DNA from: Candidatus Iainarchaeum sp.
Lineage (GTDB): Archaea; Iainarchaeota; Iainarchaeia; Iainarchaeales; JAGVWC01
Assembly: GCA_018304465.1 (NCBI GenBank)
Contig: JAGVWC010000008.1
Coordinates: 108,096-172,095 of the forward strand
Direction of reading: 5' to 3'
DNA: 64,000 nucleotides
Below the pieces are notes generated by a model. It saw only the letters and a list, made by a program, of their open reading frames with translations, did not search any database and was not told the DNA's origin. Shown piece by piece: positions 47,174 to 56,647 of the stretch; position 1 is the stretch's first letter; every line of letters starts with the position of its first letter. The translations under genes and the position numbers were made by a program.

Positions 47174-47245
47174 CGAGACCGGTGGGACTCGAACCCACAG
47201 CCCACGGGTTAAAAGCCCGTTGCGCTACCATTGCGCCACGATCCC
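47174..47245 (-). tRNA. tRNA-Lys (TTT)
   Basis: GGGATCG TG GCGC AATGGTA GCGC A ACGGG CTTTTAA CCCGT GGGCT GTGGG TTCGAGT CCCAC CGGTCTC G; acceptor has two G-U pairs. Confidence 0.75.
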
Positions 47246-47336
47246 ATAGTGCAGAAAAAACTGGCAAAAAAAACAGCCAATCTAACCTATTTCTCGTAAA
47301 AAAGGAATATAAAGATTCCTCTAAATAATCCAAAAT

Positions 47337-47980
47337 ATGCCTGTTTTTGGAAAAGGACGGTTAGGCCGGCAACCCCGCAAGTACCTCAATCAAAGCATCG
47401 AACGCATTCCAATAACTTTTGGAAAACGAAAATATCGCCCCGGAGCCAATAAAGTCTGGCCCAAAAAACTCAATTCCAGAAGCCTGGATCGCATCGAACA
47501 AAAAATGGGCCTTGATATCACCGGTTTTTTGACCAAAAAAGCAAAAGAACAAGACGAACCGCTTGCGGTTCTGGACTGGGGCTGCGGCGCCGGAACCGCA
47601 ATCGAACAATTGGGAAAAAAACTCGGCGAACGGGTCCACGCGTTCGGTTGCTCCAAAGACAGTTTTCCGTTTGGCGCAGAAAAAAACATTGCACGCTTTT
47701 CCTTGTCACCACAGAAGATTCCCTTCGGGCCGCGCGAAACGACTCATTCGATTTGATTTACAGCTATTTCGGGTTCTACTATCACCGCGACACCGTGTGT
47801 CTTGCCGCATGGATTTCGAAACTAAAAACCGGCGGAAAACTCGTGTTTAATCCCGGGATTGGGCCCTTGGCGTGGGCAACGGAAGAAGTAAAAAAAAGAC
47901 ACCCCAGTATTCGAATTGAACGCATCGCTAGCCCAAGCGGAGAAAAAACACTTGCGGTAGTAATCACCCGCACCCGATAA
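47337..47980 (+). pseudogene. Class I SAM-dependent methyltransferase disrupted by a frameshift at an A7 tract
   Basis: Motif I VLDWGCGAGTAIEQL in ORF 47337-47756; motifs II/III FDLIYSYF...LKTGGKLVF in ORF 47648-47980; frames switch near GCAGAAAAAAACATT at about 47690. Confidence 0.55.
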
Positions 47981-47982
47981 CT

Positions 47983-49338
47983 TCAGCGTTTGTGAATCGA
48001 TTTTTTTCCCGCGAAAGGCTTGGAAGCGCGAGAAACGGGTTTGACCGCTTTTGCCTTGGGGAGCGAGATTTCCTTTTTGTTGTTCATATATTTCCAAAGT
48101 ACTTTCGGAACCCGAATGGTTCCGTCTTTGGTCTGGCAGTTTTCAATCAAACAACGCAAAAACCGGGTGGTTGCGATCATCGTGTTATTGAGCGTATGAA
48201 CGAATTCTTTCTCGTTGGTTTTTGCGTTCAAAAACTTGGCGTTCAACCGATGCGCCTGATAGTCGCCGCAATTCGAACACGACATCAATTCGAAATATTT
48301 TCCTTCGCGCGGAGACCAGCCTTCAATATCAAATTTCTTTGACGCGATGACCCCCATGTCCCCCGTGCAAATTAAAACGGTCCGGTACGGGATTTCCAAG
48401 GCTTCCAGCAGTTCTTCGGAATTCTTTCGGATCGCTTCAAAAAAAACAGGCGAATCCGCGGGCTTGCAGAACACGAACTGTTCCACTTTGTTGAACTGGT
48501 GCACGCGAAAAAAACCGCGCTCGTCAAGCCCGTGTTTTCCGATTTCTTTTCGAAAACACGCCGAAACCCCCGCGAACTTTTGCGGCAAATCGTCTTCGGA
48601 AAACGTGTGATTCAAAAACCGCGCACCCAACGGATGCTCGGCGGTCGCGATCAAATACTGATCCGAACCCTCGATTTTGTACATGACTTCCTCGAAATCC
48701 GACAAAGACACCATAGTTTCATACGCTTCGCGTTTAAGCAAGTACGGGGGCTGGACCAAAACAAACCCTTTTTTGATTAACATGTCGATGGCCAGACGCT
48801 GCAGAGCCATATCCAATAACGCCAAGTCCCCGAGCAAGTAAAAAAAACCGCTTCCGGCAACCGACACCGCGTTTTCGAAATCCGCAACCCCAAGACGCTT
48901 GGCGAGCTCGCCGTGATGAATGACTTCAAAAGACGGCTTGGGCGGCTTGCCCCAGGTTTTAGCCGGGACGTTTTCGGAAGAATCTTTTCCATACGGAACA
49001 GCCGGGTCCAGCAAGTTCGGGATCCGAAGCAACAACCAGCGGTTACGCGTTTCCAGTTCCGCGATCCGAACATCGTTTTGTTTGATTTTTTCCGGAAGCG
49101 CTTTTGCTTCCTTAAGCAGATCATCGACCGGTTTTCCCTCTTTTTTTACCTGGTTGATCTGTTGTGAAATTGTATTACGCTTGCTTCGAAGAAAATCGTT
49201 TTCAGATTTAAGCTGGCGCCATTCCACGTCTTTTTGAATAAGCTCGTCAAACCATTCAAGAATCTGGTCGTCTTGCCGGCGCGACAGATTCGAGCGCACA
49301 ACGTCCGGTTTTTCCCGAATAAGATGGATATCCAGCAT
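47983..49338 (-). CDS. serS: Seryl-tRNA synthetase
   Basis: N-terminal coiled coil, class II motifs FRKEIGKHGLDERGFFRVHQFNKVEQFVF and GDMGVIASKKFDIEGWSPREG. Confidence 0.85.
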   Translation of the reverse strand: MLDIHLIREKPDVVRSNLSRRQDDQILEWFDELIQKDVEWRQLKSENDFLRSKRNTISQQINQVKKEGKPVDDLLKEAKALPEKIKQNDVRIAELETRNRWLLLRIPNLLDPAVPYGKDSSENVPAKTWGKPPKPSFEVIHHGELAKRLGVADFENAVSVAGSGFFYLLGDLALLDMALQRLAIDMLIKKGFVLVQPPYLLKREAYETMVSLSDFEEVMYKIEGSDQYLIATAEHPLGARFLNHTFSEDDLPQKFAGVSACFRKEIGKHGLDERGFFRVHQFNKVEQFVFCKPADSPVFFEAIRKNSEELLEALEIPYRTVLICTGDMGVIASKKFDIEGWSPREGKYFELMSCSNCGDYQAHRLNAKFLNAKTNEKEFVHTLNNTMIATTRFLRCLIENCQTKDGTIRVPKVLWKYMNNKKEISLPKAKAVKPVSRASKPFAGKKSIHKR

Positions 49339-49383
49339 GTCAAACAGTATGGTAATAAAATACGGGAGAATTAAAAAAACAGT

Positions 49384-49911
49384 ATGAAGCTAGCCGTAAT
49401 ACGACTTGGGCACCGGACCGAACGAGACAAACGCATCACCACGCATTGCGCCCTTGTCGCCCGGGCGCTCGGAGCGGAACAAATCGTCCTATGCGGGGAA
49501 AAAGACGACAAGATCGTCGAAGGCGTTGAAAAAGTCGCCCGCCAATGGGGCGGTAAATTCTACATAACTTATTCCCCGTCGTACCGGACCACGCTGCGCA
49601 AATTCAAAAAACAAAAATACCGACTCGTCCACGCCACGATGTACGGAGAACCGATTCAGCAAGTCGCGAAGAAAATCCGAAAAGAAAAGAAAATCGCGAT
49701 CGTGGTCGGAGCCGAAAAAGTTCCGCGGGAAGTCTACGACGAAAGCGATTACAACGTGAGTGTCACGAGTCAGCCGCACAGCGAAGTCGCGGCGCTTGCA
49801 ATCATTCTTCACGAACTGCAAGACGGACGCGAGCTTGACAAAAAATTTCCGAAGGCGAAAATCAAGATCACGCCGCAGACACGCGGAAAAAAAGTTTCGA
49901 AGCGGAACTAA
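49384..49911 (+). CDS. tRNA (cytidine56-2'-O)-methyltransferase aTrm56 (SPOUT)
   Basis: KLAVIRLGHRTERDKRITTHCALVARALGAE N-terminal signature; 175 aa. Confidence 0.65.
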   Translation: MKLAVIRLGHRTERDKRITTHCALVARALGAEQIVLCGEKDDKIVEGVEKVARQWGGKFYITYSPSYRTTLRKFKKQKYRLVHATMYGEPIQQVAKKIRKEKKIAIVVGAEKVPREVYDESDYNVSVTSQPHSEVAALAIILHELQDGRELDKKFPKAKIKITPQTRGKKVSKRN

Positions 49912-49952
49912 CACGCAAGTGATTTTTAAATCAATAGCTCCCAAGTATAAAT

Positions 49953-50489
49953 ATGCCCCGCAAGAAAGGATTTCTTCACCTCCCGATCACAGAAGATTTC
50001 CTGAAAACTATTGGCGGAGATTACGCACTCGAACTTGTGCAGATTTGGGAAAAGAAAAAAGGCAATGTTACCGACGAAGAGCTGGCCAAACAACTCAACG
50101 TAAAAATCACAGAAATTCGGACAGCGCTCAATCGCCTCCACTACCGCGGGATTGCGTGCTACCAAAAAACACGCAACACGAAAACCGGGTGGTACTCCTA
50201 CACCTGGTCCATTAAGACGAACCGCATCGCCGAACTCGTCATGGAAAGACAGGCGGAAGAAATCCAAAAAATCAAAAAACGAATGGATTTTGAAAAAAAT
50301 TATATTTACTTTAATTGCAAAAGCGGCTGCACGACCGTCCCATTTGAAGTCGCCACCGAATACCAATTCAAGTGTCCGGAATGCGGCAAGAACCTAGACG
50401 AAGAAAACAGCGTCAAAAAACTAAAAGTGCTCAATCAGCGAATCGATGACATTCGAATTGAGCTTGAAACCATGGAAAAAATGAACTAA
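49953..50489 (+). CDS. tfe: Transcription factor E (TFIIE alpha homolog)
   Basis: Winged helix then zinc ribbon CKSGC...CPECG. Confidence 0.75.
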   Translation: MPRKKGFLHLPITEDFLKTIGGDYALELVQIWEKKKGNVTDEELAKQLNVKITEIRTALNRLHYRGIACYQKTRNTKTGWYSYTWSIKTNRIAELVMERQAEEIQKIKKRMDFEKNYIYFNCKSGCTTVPFEVATEYQFKCPECGKNLDEENSVKKLKVLNQRIDDIRIELETMEKMN

Positions 50490-50605
50490 AAACACAAATA
50501 CTTGGACGCAGAGAGAAAACGAAAGCCTTTTGAAAACAACGCCCAATAGGCTATTTAATGCGTTTTACATCATGAAACGCATTCGAATTGAATCAATATA
50601 ACAAT

Positions 50606-50680
50606 AGCGGGGTAGGGCAGTCTGGAGTGCCCGTCGGGCTCATAACCCGAAGGTCGGAGGTTCAAATCCTTCCCCCGCTA
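50606..50680 (+). tRNA. Initiator tRNA-Met (CAT)
   Basis: AGCGGGG TA GGGC AGTCTGGAGT GCCC G TCGGG CTCATAA CCCGA AGGTC GGAGG TTCAAAT CCTTC CCCCGCT A; A1:U72 and three G-C pairs closing the anticodon loop. Confidence 0.8.
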
Positions 50681-50846
50681 TTAAGGCAAAAATGCAGTAT
50701 AATCTTGTTCTTTTGAGCCCGCCTCACTACCCGATACTTGAGTTCAATCGAATCAAAAAGGGCAGAAAACGCCGTTTTAAGTGAAATCACTTTCTCGTTT
50801 TGTGTGCTAACTGATGGAGCCTGAGATGGCACCCCCAAAAAATCGA

Positions 50847-51050
50847 CCTCACAAACCCTATACGGCAATCCCCACACCCCGGGGCGAACAAGAGCCTAAA
50901 GTAAGCGGCCTCACAAACGTAAACAGTTGACCACCCAATTAAAACCGATATTAAATAGCGTAAACGGCATTTTAACACCCCCTCACTTCCCCTAATCGCC
51001 CATCTCACGCCAATAAACTACCGAAAATCAAAAATACCCTGCCTCACAAA
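50847..51050 (+). repeat. Three dispersed copies of CCTCACAAA in non-coding spacer downstream of tRNAi-Met
   Basis: Copies at 50847-50855, 50909-50917 and 51042-51050 (plus related CTCAC elements) in a 570-bp ORF-free spacer. Confidence 0.4.
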
Positions 51051-51147
51051 TCAAAAAAGCCCTTTCGACGACAAAAAGTAGGTCGAAGTTGAAACAAAAA
51101 GCATATCACCACCTATGGAAAAGTCCAAAAAAGCCATTTTTTAGTAA

Positions 51148-51207
51148 TTACAGGTAATGATTATGATGATATATCATTACAGTAATTAAAATACGTAATT
51201 ACAGTAA
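51148..51207 (+). promoter_or_regulatory. Three palindromic TTAC-N-GTAA boxes in AT-rich promoter region upstream of PadR-like gene
   Basis: TTACAGGTAA 51148-51157, TTACAGTAA 51177-51185, TTACAGTAA 51199-51207; 22-bp spacing. Confidence 0.5.
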
Positions 51208-51250
51208 AGATTATTATTACCTATCATCATTATAGTAATGAGGGAAAACA

Positions 51251-51691
51251 GTGTTTGAAAAGATTAAAATCGCAATAATTAGGCTTCTTGGCGGAAAGTA
51301 TATCCCGCCAAAGCCAAAAGCACCCCAAACCCAAGAATCTATTGGTCCGCAAGAAATCCACACTCTATGGGATTACCTTACGTTCAGGGAAAATACCCAA
51401 GCCCACCATTTAAGCACCGTTATTGGATTTGAAGAACTGGTGGATATGGACGAAATCAGACGGCGTATTCAAGAAATATTCCATGTCGAATACAAAAACG
51501 AACGCAGTTTGTACCCATACCTAAAAACTTTAGTGGACATTGGACTGTTTGAAACAATGGACGTAGGCGGAAAACGAAAATGGCGAAAAAAACCGGTCTT
51601 GCTTCGAAAACGCCCCGTCACGGAAGAAGAGGACGCGATGGCGGCGGTTACAGCGCAACAAAGCCCAAATCGCACCCCTTTAGACCGTTAA
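51251..51691 (+). CDS. PadR-like winged-helix transcriptional regulator (GTG start)
   Basis: TLWDYL...SLYPYLKTLVDIGLFE resembles PadR recognition helix and wing. Confidence 0.45.
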   Translation: MFEKIKIAIIRLLGGKYIPPKPKAPQTQESIGPQEIHTLWDYLTFRENTQAHHLSTVIGFEELVDMDEIRRRIQEIFHVEYKNERSLYPYLKTLVDIGLFETMDVGGKRKWRKKPVLLRKRPVTEEEDAMAAVTAQQSPNRTPLDR

Positions 51692-51700
51692 GGATCCCCC

Positions 51701-52329
51701 ATGCCCCGCGTATCTATTGTCTGTTATTTAGACCCCAAGACTGAACGCCGAGTGCGTTCAATACAACAGAAAATCGCGTTGTCAACTGGAAGTCGTGCAA
51801 GCCTAACCGAATGGAAACCTCACCTTACAGTAGGCGATGGAATTATCATCCCCAAACAACAGCAAAAACAATTCTTTCTGAAGGTTAAGGCCGCGCTTGG
51901 GAACATGCAGACAATTCCTTTTGAAACCGCTGACTTTAGTGGAAAAACCAAAAGAAAACAGGAAAGGGAGAAGAGAGTACCCCCTACGCTTTTTTCCTAA
52001 ATGTAAAAATCTCGCGTCAAATAAAGCGGCTTGTTCGATCACTCAAACAAGTGACCAAAAGATATCCACGGTGGTATCAACAGTCGCAACCCTACGCCCC
52101 CCAGATTACACTGGCTTACAAAGATCTGGACTTGAACGGGCTCATGCAATGCCAGCACACATTCAAAAAACTAAAACTTTGTTTGAACGGCCGGATTGAT
52201 GGGGTGTCCTTTGCTGCACAAAAAAAGTGCCAATGGCAGCCAATCAAAACAATTTTGTTTAATCCAAAAGAAGACTCAAAGACCCGCCCCATTTACGGAG
52301 CAGGAGACACGCGACGCTCCAAAAGATAA
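51701..52329 (+). pseudogene. 2H phosphoesterase (LigT-like) disrupted by a frameshift and with its second HxT box mutated
   Basis: ORF 51701-52000 has RVSIVCYLDP...KPHLTVGDG (first HxT box); second box appears as PQITLAYK (H to Q) in a different frame, ORF 52051-52329. Confidence 0.45.
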
Positions 52330-52907
52330 AACAAATAAAACCAAGCGGAAGCTGGCTTATCCTGGGCGTCGGGGACGGACGTTACATTCCCGAAATCGGA
52401 ATGACCACACACGGCCTGGTGGCAACAGACATTGACAGCAACACGCTCCGAAAACTTCGAGCGACTGCTCGCGAACAAGTATCGCGGTTCACCTGTAAAC
52501 GGCTCGACGTAACCCGAAATTTTTCTTTTTCGGACCAATATTTTGATGGCGTGCTATGCACAGGAACGCTTCACTTGTTCAAACCCAAGAGACTCAGACA
52601 CGTAGTGAAGGAAACCAAACGCGTGCTAAAGCCCGGCGGCCAATTGCTGTTTGATTTTGCAACCAATGTCCGACGCCAACGAAACGGAGAAACGATAGAG
52701 CACAAAAAAGGCGCATCACAGTACCGCTTGACCGAAGCAAAAAAAATATGGAAAAAAACGCTCATTGGTTTCGAGTCGCGCATATCCAGTCACGATGTTC
52801 CCCTGCAAAAGATCGGAACCGGATCACGCGCATACTTTTTTTCAAGCAAATATCTCTTGATTCATGCGACGAAAAAAACGAATGAAAACAAGAGCTGTTT
52901 GGGTTAG
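52263..52907 (+). pseudogene. Class I SAM methyltransferase fragment lacking a start codon
   Basis: Motif I WLILGVGDGRYIPEIG lies in-frame upstream of the annotated Met (52401) with no start codon back to the stop at 52260; motifs FDGVLCTGTLHLF and LKPGGQLLFDF downstream. Confidence 0.4.
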
Positions 52908-52972
52908 CCCAAACAAGCAAAACACGCATAAAAAAATTCCAACGAAGTGTCGGAAAAAATAAATTGAAAGAA

Positions 52973-53572
52973 TTAGACTGTTTTCAGATCCGAAACTAAC
53001 GAACTAAACTTTTTCAGCTTGTTTGATTTCGGCGCACAGGATTGAAACCACTCGTGACTGGTGACGCGCTGCGCTTCACCAAGCAAAAACGCCTTGTGGG
53101 CCGCATCCACTTTTTGCCCCGCTTTGGCGGTTGCCAAAATCGCGGAGATCTCCGAATCCAATTTTTCATGTTCTTTTGAATTCGACAACACGAACCAGCG
53201 GTCCAACACGTTTTCAAACGCGCCCACCATTTCATCCGGAGACACGTCTTTTTCGTTCATGTAATACACCGCTTTCCAATCTCCTTTACCCACCCACTTG
53301 TGAGACGGATTCTTTCCGGTTTTGAAAAAATCGATCAGAGGAGACAGCATCGCTTGGGGAATGATAACACAGTTTTTTCCCGGACGCAAATACGGCACCG
53401 GAGAAAGAATTCCTTTGCGATGATACTTATAGGATTTGCCGTTGGACTTCGAAACGTTTTGGGTATAGCCATACAACGCCCGGAACAGCTTTTGATAGGT
53501 ATACGATGAATGACTGATATTTTCTGGTAGAATGAACTTATACTGAATGAAATACGCTTTCACAGACCCCAC
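52973..53572 (-). CDS. Hypothetical protein
   Basis: 199-aa ORF, Y/K-rich N-terminus; no motif recognised. Confidence 0.4.
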   Translation of the reverse strand: MGSVKAYFIQYKFILPENISHSSYTYQKLFRALYGYTQNVSKSNGKSYKYHRKGILSPVPYLRPGKNCVIIPQAMLSPLIDFFKTGKNPSHKWVGKGDWKAVYYMNEKDVSPDEMVGAFENVLDRWFVLSNSKEHEKLDSEISAILATAKAGQKVDAAHKAFLLGEAQRVTSHEWFQSCAPKSNKLKKFSSLVSDLKTV

Positions 53573-53666
53573 ACTTCCACTATTCTGTTATTATTATAGA
53601 TAAACCTTTATTATGTATATTTACAATAAGGTAAAAATTTATAAAAGAAAAGGAAAGAAAAAGGGT

Positions 53667-54002
53667 TTAGCGTCGTCGTGCAATCGGCGGGCGAGGTCTA
53701 AATCCAGTCGTAGGTTGAGGTTCTTCCTCTTCTTCCGGTTCCGGGTTAGTAGGCGCGTTGCCCACAAGGATAATGTCCTTGGTTGCTCGAACGTTTCTAA
53801 ATGGAATGCTCTTTTCGCTAATGACTTTTTTTGCTTCTTGCTTAGAGCGGAATTTAAGCGGTTCCGTGGTAATCGTTTCGATGCGTCCCTTTTCCAGGTT
53901 AATAACTAAGTCAAATACCTTTCCTTTGTACTCAGCAGTTGTGGAATAGATGTCCATTCCAAAAAGCTTTGAGATTCGTGATGTCATGTGAAAATCCTCC
54001 AA
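53667..54002 (-). CDS. PRC-barrel domain protein with acidic/proline-rich tail
   Basis: GMDIYSTTAEYKGKVFDLVINLEKGRIETI typical of archaeal PRC barrels; C-terminal EPEEEEEPQP. Confidence 0.5.
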   Translation of the reverse strand: MEDFHMTSRISKLFGMDIYSTTAEYKGKVFDLVINLEKGRIETITTEPLKFRSKQEAKKVISEKSIPFRNVRATKDIILVGNAPTNPEPEEEEEPQPTTGFRPRPPIARRR

Positions 54003-54222
54003 CTGTTATTATAAAAGCTAATTTACTATTTAAATCTTATGGCCTTTTCGAAGGAAAAAACCCCACAAAACGCCCAAGCAAACCACATATTATACATAAC
54101 TTGCTTTGGGCCGCACAACTAATTTTTCCAAAAGACTTCTAAAAAAACCAACGTTACATAATTAATCGGAATCAAAACCGTGTTTTTTCCCACCGACTCC
54201 GGATATTAGTGGAAGTAGCGGG

Positions 54223-56331
54223 TCATAGGCTATCAAAAGGACTCTTCACTTTTTTCAGTTCTTCCGTTCGCACCGTGGTGTAAATCTGGGTGGTGTTCAG
54301 ATTTGCATGACCCAACAATTCTTGGATCTTTCGAATACTTTCTCCCGCTTCCAGCAAATGCGTGGCGTATGAATTGTGTACTACAAAACCATCCGCAAAC
54401 AGATTTTCTGTTCCAGCCACGGTAAAATCATACACTGGGACGGTATCCCGCACTGGCAGGATCTTGGTTACTTCCATCCATTTGTAGTTCTCTCCCAATA
54501 ATGAACGAATCGCATTGCGTTCTTCCAAAAAATCCGGTTCTTTTTCGATTTCGTGCAAAATTTTCGCGACCGTCTCTCGGACCGGAATGATTTTTCCCGT
54601 GTAGCGCTTCAAATGCTTAATTCCTTGCCGGGTTTGCAAACGATAAATAAATCCCCGCTGTTGCAGCAGTTTTGGGTACATCTTTTTCAAAATCAAATGT
54701 GCCGGGATCCACTCTCCCACGGAATCGTTTTCAATTCGAAGTTTTTTTTGGGTTGGGATCAGCAACTCAAACAACACTTGGTCCGGACGGCGAAGAATGA
54801 ATAATTCAAAAATTGTGTGCGAAATAATTCGGCCTTGAGGCAACTTCACTTTTCGATCTCGCTGATGAAAATACGAATTGATTCCAAGTCGCAGCAAAAG
54901 AACCTGCACATCCTTTAGCAATTCTTTACTAGTAGAAAAAAAGCGCGGAACCCCCTCGTTCCCGTCTGCGTCATACAAACCTGCCAGAAATTCGCATACT
55001 TCTTCAGTGCTTGCCGAGAATAACTCCATTGGTATCCGCTTCGTAGGCGCCCGCCTGTCCATATCCAGTAACTGACAGGTGTGCACCAAATCAACAGAAT
55101 AATACGCCAACTCAAACGAGTTTCTTCCATGCGTCGGGTGAATAAACGGTCGCTTTCCAAACTGTTGCTCCAAAAGCGATTGGTAAAACTGCAAAAACGA
55201 AAGGTTCTTATCACAAATCACAACCCCACGCCGACTATCGCTTATGGTTCCGTCTCCTAACGCATATCCCACAAAACGCCACCAGGCCGGAGATGCACGC
55301 CGGGTTTCCGCAATCGTAACTTTTTTGGGGCCCAGCACAAAATCGCCGGGCTTTAAATCTTTGGCACATGCTTCCCCAAGGCCATACACAGTCGCTACAA
55401 AAAAACGATGCTCTGGCGTGCATGTTAACAAATAACCACCCGCATTGACTTCGAGAAGCCCTTCTGCATACTGCATGAACGCACCCACCAACGGGGCATT
55501 GATCACGTGTTGTGTGTTCCATTCAAAGCTTCGAACCAAGGTGCCTTTTCCGGAAAACAAAGCCTGCGCGGAAACAATTCCATTCGAAGTAAAAATCCGA
55601 GTATTCGCTTCTACACAGTGACGCATGCTGTGCGGCGTCACTTCTTTTTGAATTCCCGCCTTGGCCGCCGCTTTGCGAATAATACGCTGAATGGTATCCA
55701 CCGAAATGGATGTCCCGGTAGTTTTTTTGGAGAACACAAACTCGCTTGAAACTTTTTTTCGCTTCAAATAGCGCTTCAGATCCGACACCCAATTCTTGGA
55801 CAAGATAATGATACGGTCCTTGTTTCCTTTGCCGCCTTTCACTCGGCCGATAAACTCGCTTAACTCGAGGTCCGCGACCTTGAGTTTGACGGCTTCGCTT
55901 ACGCGCACGCCGGACGAATACAAAAATTCGACAATCAAACGATTACGCCCCTTCTTGGTCGCTTTGATCAACGCTTTTACTTCGGCCTTGGTGAGAACGG
56001 TCGGGAGCTTTTTGGCTTTTTTCATGGCGCGCACGTCTTCCATGATTTTTAATTTTAAAAAATTTCCAAAAAAGAATTTGAGCGCCGAGTGCGCCAATGC
56101 CAAACTCGAATTCGAAATATTTTCTTTCTCCTTGCGGTTCGCGATGTATCCCACGATATCCGCTTTTTCGGTTTCTTCCACGGGCTTTTGGAGCGACTTC
56201 AAAAAATCCGAAACCAAAAACAGATATGTTTTGATCGTCTGCTTCGAGTACCCCGTGACGACCAGTTCCTGGCGAAAACGCGTCAGCATTTCCTGGTTAT
56301 GCGGCAAAATTTCCGAATCCGTTTCGCTCAT
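54223..56331 (-). CDS. xerA: XerA/XerC-like tyrosine recombinase interrupted by an intein
   Basis: N-terminal core-binding domain; catalytic exteins ...TPHSMRH|SYATHLLEAGESIRKIQELLGHANLNTTQIYT (R-H-R-H-Y boxes) flank a 415-aa insertion. Confidence 0.8.
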   Translation of the reverse strand: MSETDSEILPHNQEMLTRFRQELVVTGYSKQTIKTYLFLVSDFLKSLQKPVEETEKADIVGYIANRKEKENISNSSLALAHSALKFFFGNFLKLKIMEDVRAMKKAKKLPTVLTKAEVKALIKATKKGRNRLIVEFLYSSGVRVSEAVKLKVADLELSEFIGRVKGGKGNKDRIIILSKNWVSDLKRYLKRKKVSSEFVFSKKTTGTSISVDTIQRIIRKAAAKAGIQKEVTPHSMRHCVEANTRIFTSNGIVSAQALFSGKGTLVRSFEWNTQHVINAPLVGAFMQYAEGLLEVNAGGYLLTCTPEHRFFVATVYGLGEACAKDLKPGDFVLGPKKVTIAETRRASPAWWRFVGYALGDGTISDSRRGVVICDKNLSFLQFYQSLLEQQFGKRPFIHPTHGRNSFELAYYSVDLVHTCQLLDMDRRAPTKRIPMELFSASTEEVCEFLAGLYDADGNEGVPRFFSTSKELLKDVQVLLLRLGINSYFHQRDRKVKLPQGRIISHTIFELFILRRPDQVLFELLIPTQKKLRIENDSVGEWIPAHLILKKMYPKLLQQRGFIYRLQTRQGIKHLKRYTGKIIPVRETVAKILHEIEKEPDFLEERNAIRSLLGENYKWMEVTKILPVRDTVPVYDFTVAGTENLFADGFVVHNSYATHLLEAGESIRKIQELLGHANLNTTQIYTTVRTEELKKVKSPFDSL
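54373..55617 (-). mobile_element. Intein in tyrosine recombinase (415 aa) with LAGLIDADG domain
   Basis: Starts CVEANTRI after MRH, ends VVHN before Ser+1; motifs FVGYALGDGTIS and LAGLYDADGNEG. Confidence 0.8.
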
Positions 56332-56397
56332 GATGTATACACTACGAAAAAGAGCCTAATAAATCCTGTGTCGCAAAAAGAAACGGCGTTCAAAAAG

Positions 56398-56613
56398 TTA
56401 TTTTTCCGTTTCTTCCGCGGGTTCGGATTCCGCGCTTTGCAATTCGCGCTTAACCTCGTCCATTTCTTCGAGGTCGTCCTCTCCAAGACCGAGTTTGGCC
56501 AAATAGCGCTTATGATCGTCTTTGGTCAGGGTTCCAAACCACTTACGCCATTCCGTATCTTCGGGTTTTTCGATCTTTCCGGATTTTGGGGTTTTTTCCC
56601 GTCGTGCAACCAT
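56398..56613 (-). CDS. Small acidic hypothetical protein
   Basis: 72 aa from internal Met; the longer ORF overlaps the convergent gene. Confidence 0.3.
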   Translation of the reverse strand: MVARREKTPKSGKIEKPEDTEWRKWFGTLTKDDHKRYLAKLGLGEDDLEEMDEVKRELQSAESEPAEETEK

Positions 56614-56647
56614 GAAAAAAAGTTTTCGAAGAACAGTTAATAATAAT

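Noticed and set aside
50606-56331. Interpretation of the tRNAi-Met to xerA interval as an integrated mobile element
   Set aside because: No att-site duplication of the tRNA 3' end was found. The recombinase is a chromosomal XerA-type enzyme with a core-binding domain, not an element-type integrase. Only gene decay is reported.
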